Positions 1 to 13,590 of a stretch of 64,000 nucleotides of DNA are shown in pieces (position 1 is the stretch's first letter; every line of letters begins with the position of its first letter). A model generated the notes under the pieces. It had not been told where the DNA came from and ran no database searches. It saw nothing but the letters and a program-made list of their open reading frames with translations. Made by a program: the position numbers and the translations under genes. Origin of the DNA: Basidiobolus meristosporus CBS 931.73 (Eukaryota; Fungi; Basidiobolomycota); the NCBI GenBank assembly GCA_002104905.1, contig MCFE01000478.1:1-64000 (forward strand), read 5' to 3'.

Positions 1-772
1 TGGCACGTCCTTTGGAAGCAATGGTTGATGAATAAGCCATATTGCTGCGGTCGCCTAACGGCATGTCTCCTTTTTCAAGTGGATCAAGTCTGAATATTCA
101 AGTTAGCAATTCGTCATCAGGTGCCAAACTAGGAATTTGCCCCCACTTTTTGCTGACATGCTCGGATTCTCCAGTAAGCAGTGCCTCGTTAACTTCGAAA
201 TTGGTCACAAAAAACAGTCGGACATCAGCGGCGATGGAGTCCCCTTCTTGAATGACAAGGACATCGCCTGGAACTACATCCCGGCTGCTGACGACCGACT
301 CCTCCCCGTTGCGTATGACACAAGCAGTAGGGGAAGACATTCCACGTAACGCCTGCATCGTCTGCTCCGCCTGGTACCCCTGATGGACACTGAGGCATGT
401 GTTGAACAAGGTGATGGCCAGAATCAGGGAGCCAGTGATATAATCCCTCTGTACAAAGGACAAGACCTACACTCGCGTTTGTAGTTAGGAAATAGTGGAG
501 GCATTGCAATCCGGCTCTCTTACCGTAACTGCAACCAGAATATAATTGATCGCGTCCTTCAGCTGATACGACAAGACAGTGTACCACTTGATCCCGCCAG
601 CGCCACCCAATTCGTTATGACCATATTGGGCCAGCCTGTCTGGGATATCCATGCTGGGTAGGCCAGTCTCAGCATTTGTGTGAAGGACTTGGATAACCCG
701 GTCCAAATCTAAAGTATGCCAGGCTGGGTTGTTGGTTGGATTGTTGGGAATGCTATTAGTCTTGAAGCCCAT
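1..772 (-). CDS. P-type ATPase, ENA/type IID-like (Na+/K+ efflux), 5' part only; continues beyond the left window edge
   Basis: Spliced frames give WHTL..GL..RLAQYGHNEL, QAEQTMQALRGMSSPTACVIRNG, VVPGD, EALLTGES and, after an intron, GDRSNMAYSSTIASKGRA. Introns near 468-522 and 81-140. Confidence 0.9.
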
Positions 773-1049
773 TCGTTTAAAGTCTACGGGGTACGGGTAT
801 TTCGATACATCATGATGCTTATATAGGTCACGATGGATATTCTGGCGGGGATGGACAAACCCCTTTGACCGCCGGAATGGTGATTATTTTCATTGGTGGT
901 TTAATCGACGCTTTGAGTGACTCGCATTGTCTTTATGCGGAATCGACATGAAATCCGGTGATTGGGGCTGGTGAGAATGGAATATTGCGTAGTAGCAATC
1001 AAATTGCGGGAAAGTTCGTAACCCTAACCTTTGCTGGCATAGAAAATTT

Positions 1050-1757
1050 AGACATTTGGGAGATATTCCGTTCCTCCTACAGACCTATTGATCCATTTGG
1101 GAGATACTCTGTTCATCCTGAAGAAATAAGGCATTTCAATGGTTTCCAAAAGCCCCAATCGACTAACATTTAATGTGCTCAGTTAATCCAGGACAAAGCT
1201 AACGTCCTGAGTACGAATAATCATGGCCTTTTCGATCTGCTCGGGAGTGGGGCCACGGAAGATTCCCTTCACCAAGCGCCCATCAGGGAACTGCACTACA
1301 TCTGCGTCGTATGGATGATCCACAGCCACCACAAAATAACCGCGACTGGCAATATCCAATAACGTAGCGGTGTAGAGGCAGCGTGACGCTCCCATGCCTG
1401 GAGAAAATATTACCACCGGCGAATTGATGCTGGAAATAGGAGCCCCCCACCCCCGATATGCTTGTATCTGGACACCTTGCAGAGTGTTGTTGGCCAACTC
1501 ATGTCTTTGGTTCTCGAATTGGGCTGTACCCTCAGACATGTATGATGAGACGGGATGACCCTTGGTAAGTTCAGCAGGATAAAATAGCTGAACCATGGGA
1601 GCGCAGTCTTCCACAGTGGGTGCGTACGGGTCAACTCAACCGTTCCTACCTTGAATTGACCAGTTGGATCCGGGAAAGGGAATTGAGAGGAGACGGCGTC
1701 CACCAACGCTATCGTTGTGGTGAAAAAGGCAGCAGTAGCGAAAATCCTGATCCTCAT
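1050..1757 (-). pseudogene. Secreted PAF-acetylhydrolase-like alpha/beta hydrolase pseudogene
   Basis: Signal peptide, PDPTGQFKVG, MVQLFYP, VVIFSPGMG and YFVVAVDHPYDA. A frameshift near 1630 joins GTVELT to DPYAPTVED. Stop TAA at 1183-1185. No intact GxSxG downstream. Confidence 0.75.
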
Positions 1758-2767
1758 TGCGAGTAAATTGGACGATATGATAGAATTGCCAGCTCCACAC
1801 CAGGAACATGAAATAACCCCGAACCCAAAGTAACTTCAAAGTAAATAACGCTATATACCTGATTTCGTAGCACCGAGGCATGTAATTTACGTTTACCATC
1901 AACTGACAGGTAACTTGTTTAGTATTAATGATCACCATGTTATATACACTACAACTAGGCCGATTCTATTTCGGAGTCACAAGTGAATAGATTGGACGCA
2001 CCCTGCTGATCCTGAGGTATTTCTGTTGATTCGTGCGCTTTATCTGAACCATAAAATAGACCGCCACATGCCATGTTGCTTTTGCTCTGATTGGAGGGGG
2101 CGCTCAGAACATCAATTGTTTCCCAATCCAATTTATTCATTCAGTAATAACACTCCATGCTATTCATGGACGTCACGTTCTCACCATAGATAGTTACAGA
2201 AACATGGGATGTGCATCGAGAGCTGTCTAGGGCATTCTGACTGTAGCCATGGTCATCCGAGACGATGTGCAACATGATGCCACGTAGCTAAGCCTCAGGG
2301 TATTGTTAACAAAGCACCTCTAAAACATCACTAAGTAGCAAGACGCCTTCACACTTTAAGCAGCTATTAGTCTTGTTTAGTTAGCCTGTACAACATCCAA
2401 GCCTTGGCAGGGATTACACAAACCTAAAGAATATAACCAGATTGAGTTAATATAATATGTGACATCCATGGAACTAGAAATCTTGCGCCCGGTGTCGACG
2501 TAGAAGGAACAATGGATAGGCGCTAGCAAAATTTGACTTGGTTCAAATAAGATCCCGGGATGATGTAAGTTGGCCGAAAATGAAAGATGTTAAGCAAACA
2601 AATAGACTTCATCCAATGGTGGAATAGTGGAGACAAACCTTGGGGAGATTTACCAAACCGATCCGATCACCAGCGCCTGTGATTTAGACCAAATGTGGAT
2701 GGTCAACGCGCTTATAAATGTGGTCAGGGAGAGGCCATACTTCTTCAGTCATACAACTTTATTGACA

Positions 2768-3676
2768 ATGAGCGACCAGCAAATCACCATCCCCGACGCC
2801 GCCTCATCGAGCGCCATCAAGATGTCCCAGGGCCACGAGCTCTCCACCACCGTTAGCCCAGTTGACGAACTCTCCAGCATGCAGAGATTTCTGAACGCCG
2901 GAGCTCTAGGGAACCTTCGTTCCTCCAATCGCGAGTACATCGCCGAGTTCTTTGGGACCTTTGTGTTTGTAAGCTTTATCATCGGGGTTGTACAGCAGTG
3001 CAAGATGGAGATTGGCGGCTACTCAGCAGTTGGAAACACCATCTGCTGGGGAGTCGGATTCGGGTTCATGTTGGGATTGTATATGTGCGCGGGGATTTCT
3101 GGCGGTCACATCAACCCCGCCATCACCCTTACCATGGCGGTAAACCGCGGTTTCCCTTGGAGGAAGGTCCCCTGGTACATGCTCGCCCAGATTCTGGGTG
3201 CGTTCTGCTCTGCGTTACTGAACTACACCTACTTCCACGCCCAGATCGTCAAATTCGAGAACGGCCATCGTGGCATCGAGTCCGCCGGCCTCTTCGCCGC
3301 CTTCCTCCCAGAATACATGTCCATCGGCAGCGCTTTCTATGCTGAATTGGTGAACACTGCATTCTTCGCCGCCAGTATCTTCGCCATCACTGACAAGCTG
3401 AATGCTGGGGCTACCCACTATGCTCCGTTGGCTCTCGGCATGATGATCACCGGGATTGGCCTCAGCTTTGGCTCCCTTACCGGCTACTCCATGAACCCTG
3501 CCCGTGACATGGGTCCAAGAATCTTCATGTCAATTGCTGGCTGGGGGGATGTTCCCTGGGTCGGTGGTCAGCACTTCTTTTGGGTTCCTTGGATCGGGCC
3601 GGCTGTTGGTGCAGTCGTCGGCGGCTTTCTCTATGAGTTCTTCGCCTGCTCCACACCCAAGAAGATGTTCAAATGA
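2768..3676 (+). CDS. Aquaglyceroporin (MIP family, GlpF-type), intronless
   Basis: AEFFGTF, SGGHINPAITL and SMNPARDMGPR (the NPARD signature of glyceroporins). First ATG is at 2768; the ORF track starts at an upstream GTG. Confidence 0.93.
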   Translation: MSDQQITIPDAASSSAIKMSQGHELSTTVSPVDELSSMQRFLNAGALGNLRSSNREYIAEFFGTFVFVSFIIGVVQQCKMEIGGYSAVGNTICWGVGFGFMLGLYMCAGISGGHINPAITLTMAVNRGFPWRKVPWYMLAQILGAFCSALLNYTYFHAQIVKFENGHRGIESAGLFAAFLPEYMSIGSAFYAELVNTAFFAASIFAITDKLNAGATHYAPLALGMMITGIGLSFGSLTGYSMNPARDMGPRIFMSIAGWGDVPWVGGQHFFWVPWIGPAVGAVVGGFLYEFFACSTPKKMFK

Positions 3677-4105
3677 GCATGCATTCCTCGTCCTGCATAT
3701 ATGCCATCTACCATGTATCACATACACGCCAACCATTATACATTCCCAAAATTCCTTTCCAACATTCAATCTGTAATAAAACCTGGTGTTATTCCTGAAG
3801 TGTTGCGACAGATCACCGAGCGAGTAAGGTCTAGTCTCCTTCATAGACCATGGCACCCTTATTTCGCCAGAGTTGGGATCACCTGCGTGGACTCTTCGAG
3901 AGCGAAACCGAATCGAGCTAAGCGAAAGCATACGCCAATGGGACGAGAAATCTAATTTACCACCGAGGACGCGAAGCAGGGTGGCAAGTAAATTCTGGTT
4001 CAAAAACATCGTCACGATATGGTTCCGTTTATTTACATTGGATTAGGGTATATATATATGCATATATATATGTATGAGGGTTAAGTAGGGGATGGAATAC
4101 ATGGA

Positions 4106-5919
4106 TTAGTGATGTCCAAGAATCACTGGCTTCATAAACAGGCTGACCACGAAGGTGCACCCGGCCAAGACACATAGGGGAATAAGAGCATCCTGGAGTG
4201 CGCCGGTGTAGGCCTCGACAACCTGGTGGCGGAATTGAGCGGCCACGAACTGGACTTGAGTTGGCTCGATGGAGGTGATCTATCGGGGAGAAAGGTTATG
4301 ATCGGCCATCATCAAGGAGAATCAATCAGGAAACACTCACCCCTAGCGTAGGTACATCTCGCTGTAGGTTGTTGGCTAGCACGATGTTCAGAATGGCATT
4401 CTGCATCGGCAAGGCGATCGCTCCTCCGAAGGATTGCGAGAATGCGTGGATTCCAGTGATCTGGGGTTGATCTAAGGGTTTCTGTTAGTGATACGCTCGT
4501 GAGATTGAAAAGTCTCTGGGCATTTACCTTCTTCCTTGACCGCCGATTGAACACCAATGATATACAGCTGGAAGCATAGACCACATCCTATGCCGTAAAT
4601 AGCAAGGTAGCCCAGCTCCTGAGCCTGCACCGAGCGAGGATTCAATGTGGTGATGAGGGCGGTACCGATGACAAGGATGCTGGTGCCTACGATGATCCAT
4701 GGGCGCACCTTGCCGGTGTAACTAACAAGCCAGCCGGCACCCACCGAGGCCACAAAGTTGCACATCAGGGCGGGCAGGATCTTGATGCCGGAGCTTTCTG
4801 CGCTATCCCCATAAACTGCCTGGAAAAACAACGGGATGTAGTACACGCCACCGAAGTAGACGGCCCCGAAGACGACGTCTCCGATCAGACTGACGCAGAC
4901 GTTTCTGATCTTGAAGAATCGGAATGGCATGATGGGCTCCTTGGGGTAACGTGGCTCGTAGAAGACGAACAACGCCAACGCCAACACTCCAATGACATAC
5001 AGACTGATGATGACGGGGCTGGACCAAGCATACTTGGAGCCACCCCAGTTGGTAGGGATCAGGACGCACACCACCCCTGTGGCCAGCAAGAATGCACCGA
5101 CCCAATCAATCCGCCTGGCCTTGCTCCAAAATGTGCCGGGGGTAGAGTCGGAATCAAGACAGTAACCGACCACGAACAGGGTGAACACGATGAGGGGAAG
5201 CTTCACGTAGAAAGCCCATCTCCAGGAAAGTTTGTCCGACAGGACTCCGCCTAGCAACGGACCGGTGATGGACGCGAGGGCGAACACTCCGGCCAGGATG
5301 CCCATGTACTTGCCTCTGTCACGAATAGGGAACGTATCTGCACGAAGGGGGTTAGATGATCCGAAAGGCCCAAGTTCCATCCACGATGCGGCACAAACCT
5401 GAAATAATGATGAACGGCAACGAGTAGGTCCCGCCACCTCCGATACCGGTGAACGCTCTCGACAGGATCAGCATGGTCATGCTCTGCGAGACGCCGCACA
5501 AAACGGTCCCGATGGTGAAGATGACCAACGCGGTAAGAACGACGACCTTCCTTCCGAACAGGGTGGCCAGTTTCCCGTAGAGTGGATGGAGAATGGTCAT
5601 ACTCAGAAGGTAACTGGTGCCCACCCAGGAGATGGAATCCATGGCGTTGAACTCGCTGGCGATGTGTGAAAGGCACGTGGCGACGATGGTGTCGTCGATG
5701 GCGCCGAGGAAGAATGTGAGGGCGAGGCTTTACAAGCAGCATTAGTATTGGTGATTGGTTTGGTTGGTAAGTTAATCAAGTGGCTAACCCAATGAACAGG
5801 GAGATCATTCTCCGGAAAGACATCTCTTTTTTGACGATCTCCGCATCCTCAAGATTCGCCTGCTTCTTCTCTAAGTCGGTAAACTCTATGGCAAGTGTGT
5901 TTTCTGACATTGTAGCCAT
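4106..5919 (-). CDS. MFS drug:H+ antiporter (DHA2, 14-TM type), about 5 exons
   Basis: FLGAIDDTIVAT, WVGTSYLL, LYGKLATLFGRK, LSRAFTGIGGGG, RGKYMG..GPLLGG..SWRWAFY. Last exon ends MKPVILGHH*. Confidence 0.9.
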
Positions 5920-6662
5920 TGCAACATGAGGGGACAACAAGCGGACCAGTAGCTATTTATCGATCAGCGGTCATCGCCCTTATTGGCCCGCTGGATGGGG
6001 TTTTTTTCTTTGCTGGTACTTTCTACCCAACTGGATCTAGATTCCCCAATTACTCGATGATAATGGCAATGGCTATCTAGCGTACCATAGGAAAACAGAA
6101 GCGTTCGACAGATTTGGATCCCGAATCAAACGATAAATTGAGTTTAACTCCACCGTGATGTCCGATGGTCGGGTGCTACAAAAGCACCGCGACGTAGAGG
6201 TGAACATGCCGGAGCCTTTCCCCACGCTTCAGTGGAAGCAAAGCGCTTGTCTTCACTCCCTTGCGCTGAGTCAAGCCCTGAATTACCCAGGTGAGCAGCA
6301 CGCCGGATGTATGTAGTGAATAATCTATCTACTGGATTTGGTCATTCCGTCATCTATAGCAGCTTCTGAATGTCTCCTAATATGGAATTTATTCGCAGGA
6401 TGTCGAATCTATCGAATTTGGCAATGTGGAAGGTACAATGGAAGAGATTCGTATAATTAGCAGGTTTCCTGCCCATGGACCGAATATACCCTCTTTGAGA
6501 AGTGATTGACCTTGTTGGACAATCTGGGAAACTTAGCTAAGAGGCGTGCACACATCGCACCTCCAGTATTTCTGAGCCCCATTTGTACACAAACGAAAGA
6601 TCGGGATTTTATTAAGAACGTGCTTTAGCATGGATAGCAGCCACACTACAGAAACTAGGAAG

Positions 6663-9260
6663 CTAATTGGAAATTTGGAATGTGCTCGAATAGCCGGAAT
6701 GAGAGCTGATCTTTCCAAATGCTTTATTTGCCCCAAAGTATCCAATGCGATAGATCCCAGCTAGGCGGGCGAATGGGAAAAGTTTAGTTTAAACTCAAAT
6801 ACAAGCATGCTACGATGACTTACGTTTCACATTGGGTTCGATCTGCCATTGGATGGTCACGTTGCTTTCGGCGATTCCTTGACGTTTCCATTGAAACTTG
6901 GTGCACCAATCTCCATCATTTCGAACCACTTTCCAATCATCGGATGTTTGCATCTCAACAGTAAGAAACGTCTCTTCCAGAGCCACTTTGTTTTTAGGGT
7001 GGCCACCTACGAATGCCACGCTCACCGTATCTCCTATCTTGTAAGTGGCTTGAGCATCCTTTAGAACATCTCCAAATTTCTTTCCGATGGGAGCGGTGTC
7101 CAGAACAACTCCAGTTTGAAGGTTGATGGCATTTCGAGTCAGATCTGGTGTGCTGATCAGAGAAACAACCGGCTTTCCTTGGATCATTGCTGCGGCCACC
7201 TCCTTGTACAACTGTATATAGCCATCCAAGGTGTTGGGGCCATAGATAGTGGAGGCCCCCTCATACCGCTGAGCTGAATACTCCTCCGGAGTTGTAACGT
7301 AACTTGAGTAAGTGTTCGATGGGCCTGCCAGAACTACGATTGGATTCTTCAAATCGCTCGTTTCGGCAAACACTTGTCCAATCGCCTCTCGTAATCGACG
7401 GCCACTCATCGTGGTGAACTCACCAGGGACCACCGCAATCACCAGCTGTCCAACTCGCAGGATCTGGATATCAACTACGCGTGGCTGCCACATATAGGGT
7501 AACTTGATTTCTCCCGTGGCCAGAAGGACTGGCTTAGGAGATTGGCATTCCTTCAGCTCCTCACTTGGTTTCGTAATAAAAGCACGGACTACATCCCAGA
7601 ATGGGTGGCTGACATTGGAGTCTCCTTGGGTGAAATCAAACTCACCAGGGCCTGGGTGTGAGAGTAGGTTGGTTAGTTGTGGCCGTGAGAAATTGGTGCA
7701 AAAAGGCATACCATCGGTAGTACCAGCAGCAAACGAATAACCCATGGCAGGTTTGCATAGTCTTTTCGTGGTTGAGTTTCCGAGTTTGACTTCCACTTTG
7801 GTCAGATCTACAAACTGGTGCCTGAAATCGACGGGTCCTTTGACGTATTCTTTAGCCTCATTCATCAATCTCTTCGCCGTTTCGTATTGATAGGAGCCGA
7901 TAATCCTAGTAGACTCCACATCGCCTCCGGTTTCGTAGCCAGGCCCTCTAGATGATGTGATATCGATGGATTTGTGAATACAACATACAAGCCTAGGTTA
8001 CAAAACTATATTACCTAGCAACACAAAGCTCGTTTTTGCCGTTACACGTACTTGTCTTATAGTCGCAGGGTAATCCGCTATCAAGACAGCGTGGCCCCTG
8101 AGTATTTGGAGAGACATCGCCCATGTTGGACTGAGCAAAGCCCGCAACAAACTTGCCTGTTCCTGGTAATATGTCGTCGCCATTCATTTCTCTTTCAAAA
8201 GCATAAGCAGCATATCCCTTGTTATCTCCGCTAATCAAGAGGTTTTCGTTGTTCATAGAGGTGCAATGGACTGCATACCAATTGAGAATACCCAATGGCT
8301 CCCCAGCCTCGTTGGTGAATTTGACCAGCCTCATCTCTTGGTCTGTATTGTGCTTGTAACGTGCTCGCTCAGACTGAGGGTTCTGATCGTATGCCCAGGG
8401 AGATCTGTTGATGTTTCCGTTCTCCACATCTCCCGCAGAGGTGGTTATGAATCCGGGAGTCATGTTTTCATGAGCTCGTTGGATTGAATTCACGATACCG
8501 TTAACCACCGGACGAGTAGCGTCTTCAATAAATCCAAGATTGGTAAACTGATATAACACATATTGGTGCCAACCACCTGGACCACTATGAGTGTGTGTGC
8601 CGGTAAGTGCTACATTGTTGTCATTGTACAAATCGCCATAGAGCTGTTTTAATGCTTCGATAACCCGCCTGCGAACCACTTGAGAGATCATTCCCAAATC
8701 TGCCGACACGTAGGCAATTCGATTTTCTGTCGCATTCGGATCACTGACAATGAAAGCTACAAGGTCATCAGCGAACACGTCAACCTACTTTTCAACTGGT
8801 AGGATAATGTACCTCTGGATCGTAATCTTAAATGGATACCGGCAGTTTTTTGGCTGGCTTTCGCATAACCCTGGTTTGGGAAGAAGTATCAGTATCGTCC
8901 TGTATGCGTCAAATTGAATTTTCTTACCATCATGTTAATTTCGGCTATATCACAAATTGTTCCATGTCGTATAGTGTTAGCTGGATATAATCATACATAA
9001 TCAAATACGAGTATCATACCAGCTGGTCTGTAAGGAATCAAAGAAACTCTTGTTAGTAAAACCGAGCTTGAAATGAACCTCAAGTTAACTTTAATTACCC
9101 AGTAATGTCTGCGATGCCCACGCCGATCTACTCCCAATAGAAAGTGGATGGTTACGAGGTGGACTATGATTCCCGCAAGCAAGCAAAAACTTACCATGTA
9201 ATCCGCAGCGAGCACAGCATTTAGTGCAATAAGCACTAAGAATATTGTCCACTGAAGCAT
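6663..9260 (-). CDS. Neutral/alkaline non-lysosomal ceramidase, secreted, multi-exon
   Basis: Signal peptide MLQWTIFLVLIALNAVLAADY, LTGTHTHSGPGG, WYAVHCTSMNN, NMGDVSPN, GTTDG, VPGEFTTMSGRRLR, YEGASTIYGP. Confidence 0.93.
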
Positions 9261-9628
9261 CCTCACTGTAAACTCGAACGTATATAGTACTTGTATTGTA
9301 GCTCTAGCAAGTTACTTTCTTTGATAGAAAGTGTAGGCAGTCACAAAGAGAAAGAGTAGTAGAATAGCAGTCAAATGGAAAAAATGGCACTCAATGTATA
9401 CTTCGTAACAGGATTTGGCATTGTAATGACAATCGGATTAAAAATCCAAAGTGCGATGATGTGGCTTAACATATATGATGAGGAGAACGAGTATTTGCTG
9501 AATATAGTCATGCTACAAATAAAAAGCATGACGCACCTGATCTTTTCACTTGGCTATGACATAACCATATCAAATGTTCAAAATTGGTCGGAGTAACCGG
9601 AATAGATGAATGTAACAACTAGCTAGTC

Positions 9629-12600
9629 TCACTTTTGTCTTTTGCTACGGCGTGATTTAGCGGTTGAGGTGCGCTTGGATCCAGGCGTGATCTTACGTGG
9701 TGGGTGTTCTCGTTTTTTTGTTGGGCAGTTTTTTGCCAAGTGACCCTGCTGCTCCATTCAATCCTTCAGTTCATCCATTCTAAAATTCCTGTCTCAATGC
9801 TGTGCAATGTACCTTATTGCAAACAAAGCAATTATACTCCCTAGGATTCTTGGTACGAGCCGAAGGCGCATGCTTTGGGCAGTTTCTTGCGATATGTCCT
9901 ACCTATCATTCAAGTACCGCTGAACATTGAGCTATCAATACAACAATATAAACTGTTCATTTACCTGACCACACTTATAACAAATCTCCGAGGAGCCTGG
10001 CAGCGAGATGCCGCCGCTATTACACTCATTTTCATCACGAGTTTCAAGCCACTGGAAGAAGGTACATCTTCCATTGGAGTTTAAGCAGGCGAAAAATGAT
10101 TTCCCTTTGTTTGGCCCATCCTTTGAAACAGTCCTGATAGTAGTCAATAGACCACAGTCACACACAGGGTTGTTTTCGTTTAAAGGATTATTCTGAAAAT
10201 AAAGTTGCTTAGTGCCCAAAATGGTTACTGCGAAGGTAAACTGCTATTTAGGACTCAACCCTGAGCTTACCATCACCACTTCAGAGACAATAGTTTCGCC
10301 CGTCAATTCCTGTCTGTTGCCCTCTAAATATTCCATCGAAGGAAACGATGGTACTTCGTCTTTCCATTGAAAAAAATCACAATTTTGTCCTTTAGGTTTC
10401 GGACAACCATAGAATTGTCTGCCAGTATTGGGTCCTCTTTTGCGTACAGTCTTGGCGCTGGCACGATCACCACAAGAACATTTAGGAATATTGGCATCGT
10501 CTATAACATTGCTGTTAGTGGACATCCTGAAATCTGCACTGTTGTGGTGAGCTTCCACTCTATGACCATTGTTTTTTGGTACATCAACGTTTGCTAAAAC
10601 AGGATCACGTTCGCAACATGCCTTGATCACGATAATCAGTACATGAAACACGGATTGTATATATACGTTATTCGCTTACCTGAAGGGTACAGGAATCTTC
10701 AAGCCATTGAAAGAAATCGCATCTATCTGCATCTTGGGGTTTAGAACAACAGAAAAATTGCCTCCCTTGATTAGGACCCTCTTTCTTCACTGTTCTGGAA
10801 ACTGATTGCAGCCCGCAGTAGCATGATGGAATAGAGCCAATCTCTGCAAGAACCGGGCAACTAACATTGATGTTCTTATATCTCTCGTTAACAATACCAT
10901 TCTCGGCGTGATCTACTCCTGATCCTTCATCATTATCCTAATGGAGAGTGAGCACTTCATTAACGATTTTAAATGGTATGTGATAACACATACTTGAAAC
11001 AACTGATTCGGTTCGAGCTCCTCCGGATTATGGCCAAAATACCTCGCTAATGCCTAAACAAGGAATGAATATGCATCAAAAAACCGAGAAGCAAATCTGT
11101 TCCTACTTGCACAAGTTTGAAACTTTGATCATTGGTTTTGAGAAAAACATCTCGATACATCCCAACTCCTTGTCTTACGACCAACTCTTTGGTTTGTGAT
11201 CCCTCGCAGATTTTTCTCATGTTAAGCTCCATCTTGATTTCAGTAGTTGACTGTTAGTTGCATTCTAATCGACGTATAAACAGTAACGGGGCTTACTTCT
11301 CTTCTAAGAAACGGTTTGGAGAGAGATGTATTAAAATCAATACCATCATATCCTTCCACAAGGGCGATGCCTAATGTGGAGGGCACAAAATAGCTCGCTT
11401 CTTTGAATGCATAAGCGCGATCCAGAACCTTCTTGATATGTTCGTGGATTGTTGCATCAGTGCCTAAGCCGAAGATCAATCTACAACCCTCAGAATCAAG
11501 GACTGTTATTCCAACTAACCTATTCCATTTTTGTCCATTACTGCAATCAAGTCAGCCTCGGTTAAGAGAGAGGGAGGACTGGTTTTTCCCTCAGACATTT
11601 CGATGCTATCAGGTATAAATTGCTCGCCCTTCTGGAAGACTGGGATAGTGGTTTCACTCCAGCGATCGTATGGATAAATTTCAAGGTAATTTCTGGCAAT
11701 AATCATCAAACCTATGTACCAAGGGTAGTGAATACTAATTAATTGGGGTATGCGTAGTTGTTTACCCTTTGTAGTGAAGACTTCGTCGGAAATGTTGATC
11801 TCCACAGTGGTTTCATGGCCTTTAGCGTTGTCGGAACATGCAGCAAGAAACCTCCTAACAACAAACTCATAGACTTGTCGATCATCGCCAATCAAGTCTT
11901 TTGCCCAGGCTGTAGGGTGTATTGGCGGGTGTGCCTTGTCGTTATTTTTTCCTGTTCGTGGGGATTTGAACCCACCCGTCAAAAGCCTATTCACGGAATA
12001 ATAGGATCAGTTATAGGCGTTTCTCATTGATCAATAACCAGTATCACATTTTAGCATATGGACCCCACTGCTGATCGTGGACTTGTTTTTCGATTAGTGG
12101 TAGAAGCTGGAAGCTATTATCGAATTGATCAGTTTCAGTTCTGGGGTAACTTATGAAACCACGGTTATATAAACTCTCAGCAATCTTGTGTCAAAATAGA
12201 TGTTAGCAAACTGAGACGATAGATGTACCAATACTAAGTCACCGTCATAATTCGGTCAGAAGTCATTTTGAGAAAACGTGCGCCAGATTTTTGGAGCTCA
12301 ACTGTAGTTAATGGTAATGGCTTCCTGATTTTATGAGCGAGTGCAGATAAATATGTAGTTGAGGAGATCTGAAAGCAGCAAAGGCGGTTTACCATTTACT
12401 GGTAGGCTTGGATTTCACTCCAGAAACCGTGGCCATGGAGTTTTCAACGCATTGTTCATACAAGATAAGACAAAACAATTGACAGTACATGGACCCTCTT
12501 TGCCAATTGAATCTGGCTAAACCATCAGCTCGATTGACACACACATCTATTTTCCAGAAATCCTCAGGGACGAAATTCTCGACTCGGAGGAACTGATCGA

Positions 12601-13590
12601 CGATAAATCCGAGAGTAGGAAACTGACAGGGCCCTATATTGCATGGTCTCTATCAAGCACACCTTGAGTTGACATCATTAAGAGTTGTTACTGGCTTACC
12701 ATAGCTTATTACTTTTTCGTTCAGCTCATGAAACTGAGGACAGAGTTGTAACGTTTGAAACCGAGTGAAGGCCGCTCCGATTCTCAAGTCTAGCTCAGTG
12801 CGTGCATCAACTGCGTCTACTTGTCGGATATCTAGATTCAATGGGTTTTGACATGCATTATGGATTTCCCTATAGTAACCGGAATACAAGGGATCAATAT
12901 CCTATACAAAATGACAACATAAATATGTAGATTTATTGGTACCTTGTCATAACTACGGAAAATCGAGCTCTCAGAACATGTATCCTATCATTCGCTTTGG
13001 AACAGATTTCCACGACTTCATGTCCAATATTTTCGCCTTCCCGATCACAATCGGTCCATATCATCAGTATCGAAGCATCTCTCACTTCTCGCTGCAGATT
13101 TACCACGATGTCTTTAAAAGCCTATCAAAAAAGTGGATATTCATTGGATCCCGCCTTTGTTTAAGGATACAGGATAGCTATTTACCGGGTTTACTGATTT
13201 ATATACTGGTGCCTCGAACAGCGATGCTGGCGGGCAAGAATCCCACTTTTTGTGATTTGGTCCAAAATCCAATACCATTATATGCCCGAGCAATGAAGTC
13301 ATCGTGAATTTGCATGTTTTCCCGTTGTATTTATACTGGAAGTCGAAGTTTTTGCAATATTTGTTTTTTCCGGCTCTCTAAATTGACAAAACAGTGACCA
13401 ACGCTGAGTACATTGCATGATACCAGTGACGTGAGGAATACAAAGCGGCAATCTTCATAGAACAATAGACCAATGGATCCTAAACCTCGATCTATTCCAA
13501 AATACCTACGGTACGAACGTTTCCTTTTGATAGTATCTGGGCGATGCTTTTGGCTATAGAGGGCTTCTCAGCAACACACAATATCTTCAT
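9629..13590 (-). CDS. TOP3: DNA topoisomerase III (TOP3A-like) with two C-terminal GRF zinc fingers and two CCHC knuckles, many introns
   Basis: MKILCVAEKPSIAK (Toprim), ELDLRIGAAFTRFQT, SYPRTETD (catalytic Tyr), AHPPIHP, GIGTDAT, CSCG..GPNTGRQFYGC..CDFFQW, CDCG..GPNKGKSFFAC, CYKCGQ-GHIARNC, CFVCNK-GHLAKNC. Confidence 0.95.

Noticed and set aside
4106-9260. MFS + ceramidase + aquaporin as a metabolic cluster
   Set aside because: No biosynthetic core gene or shared pathway logic.
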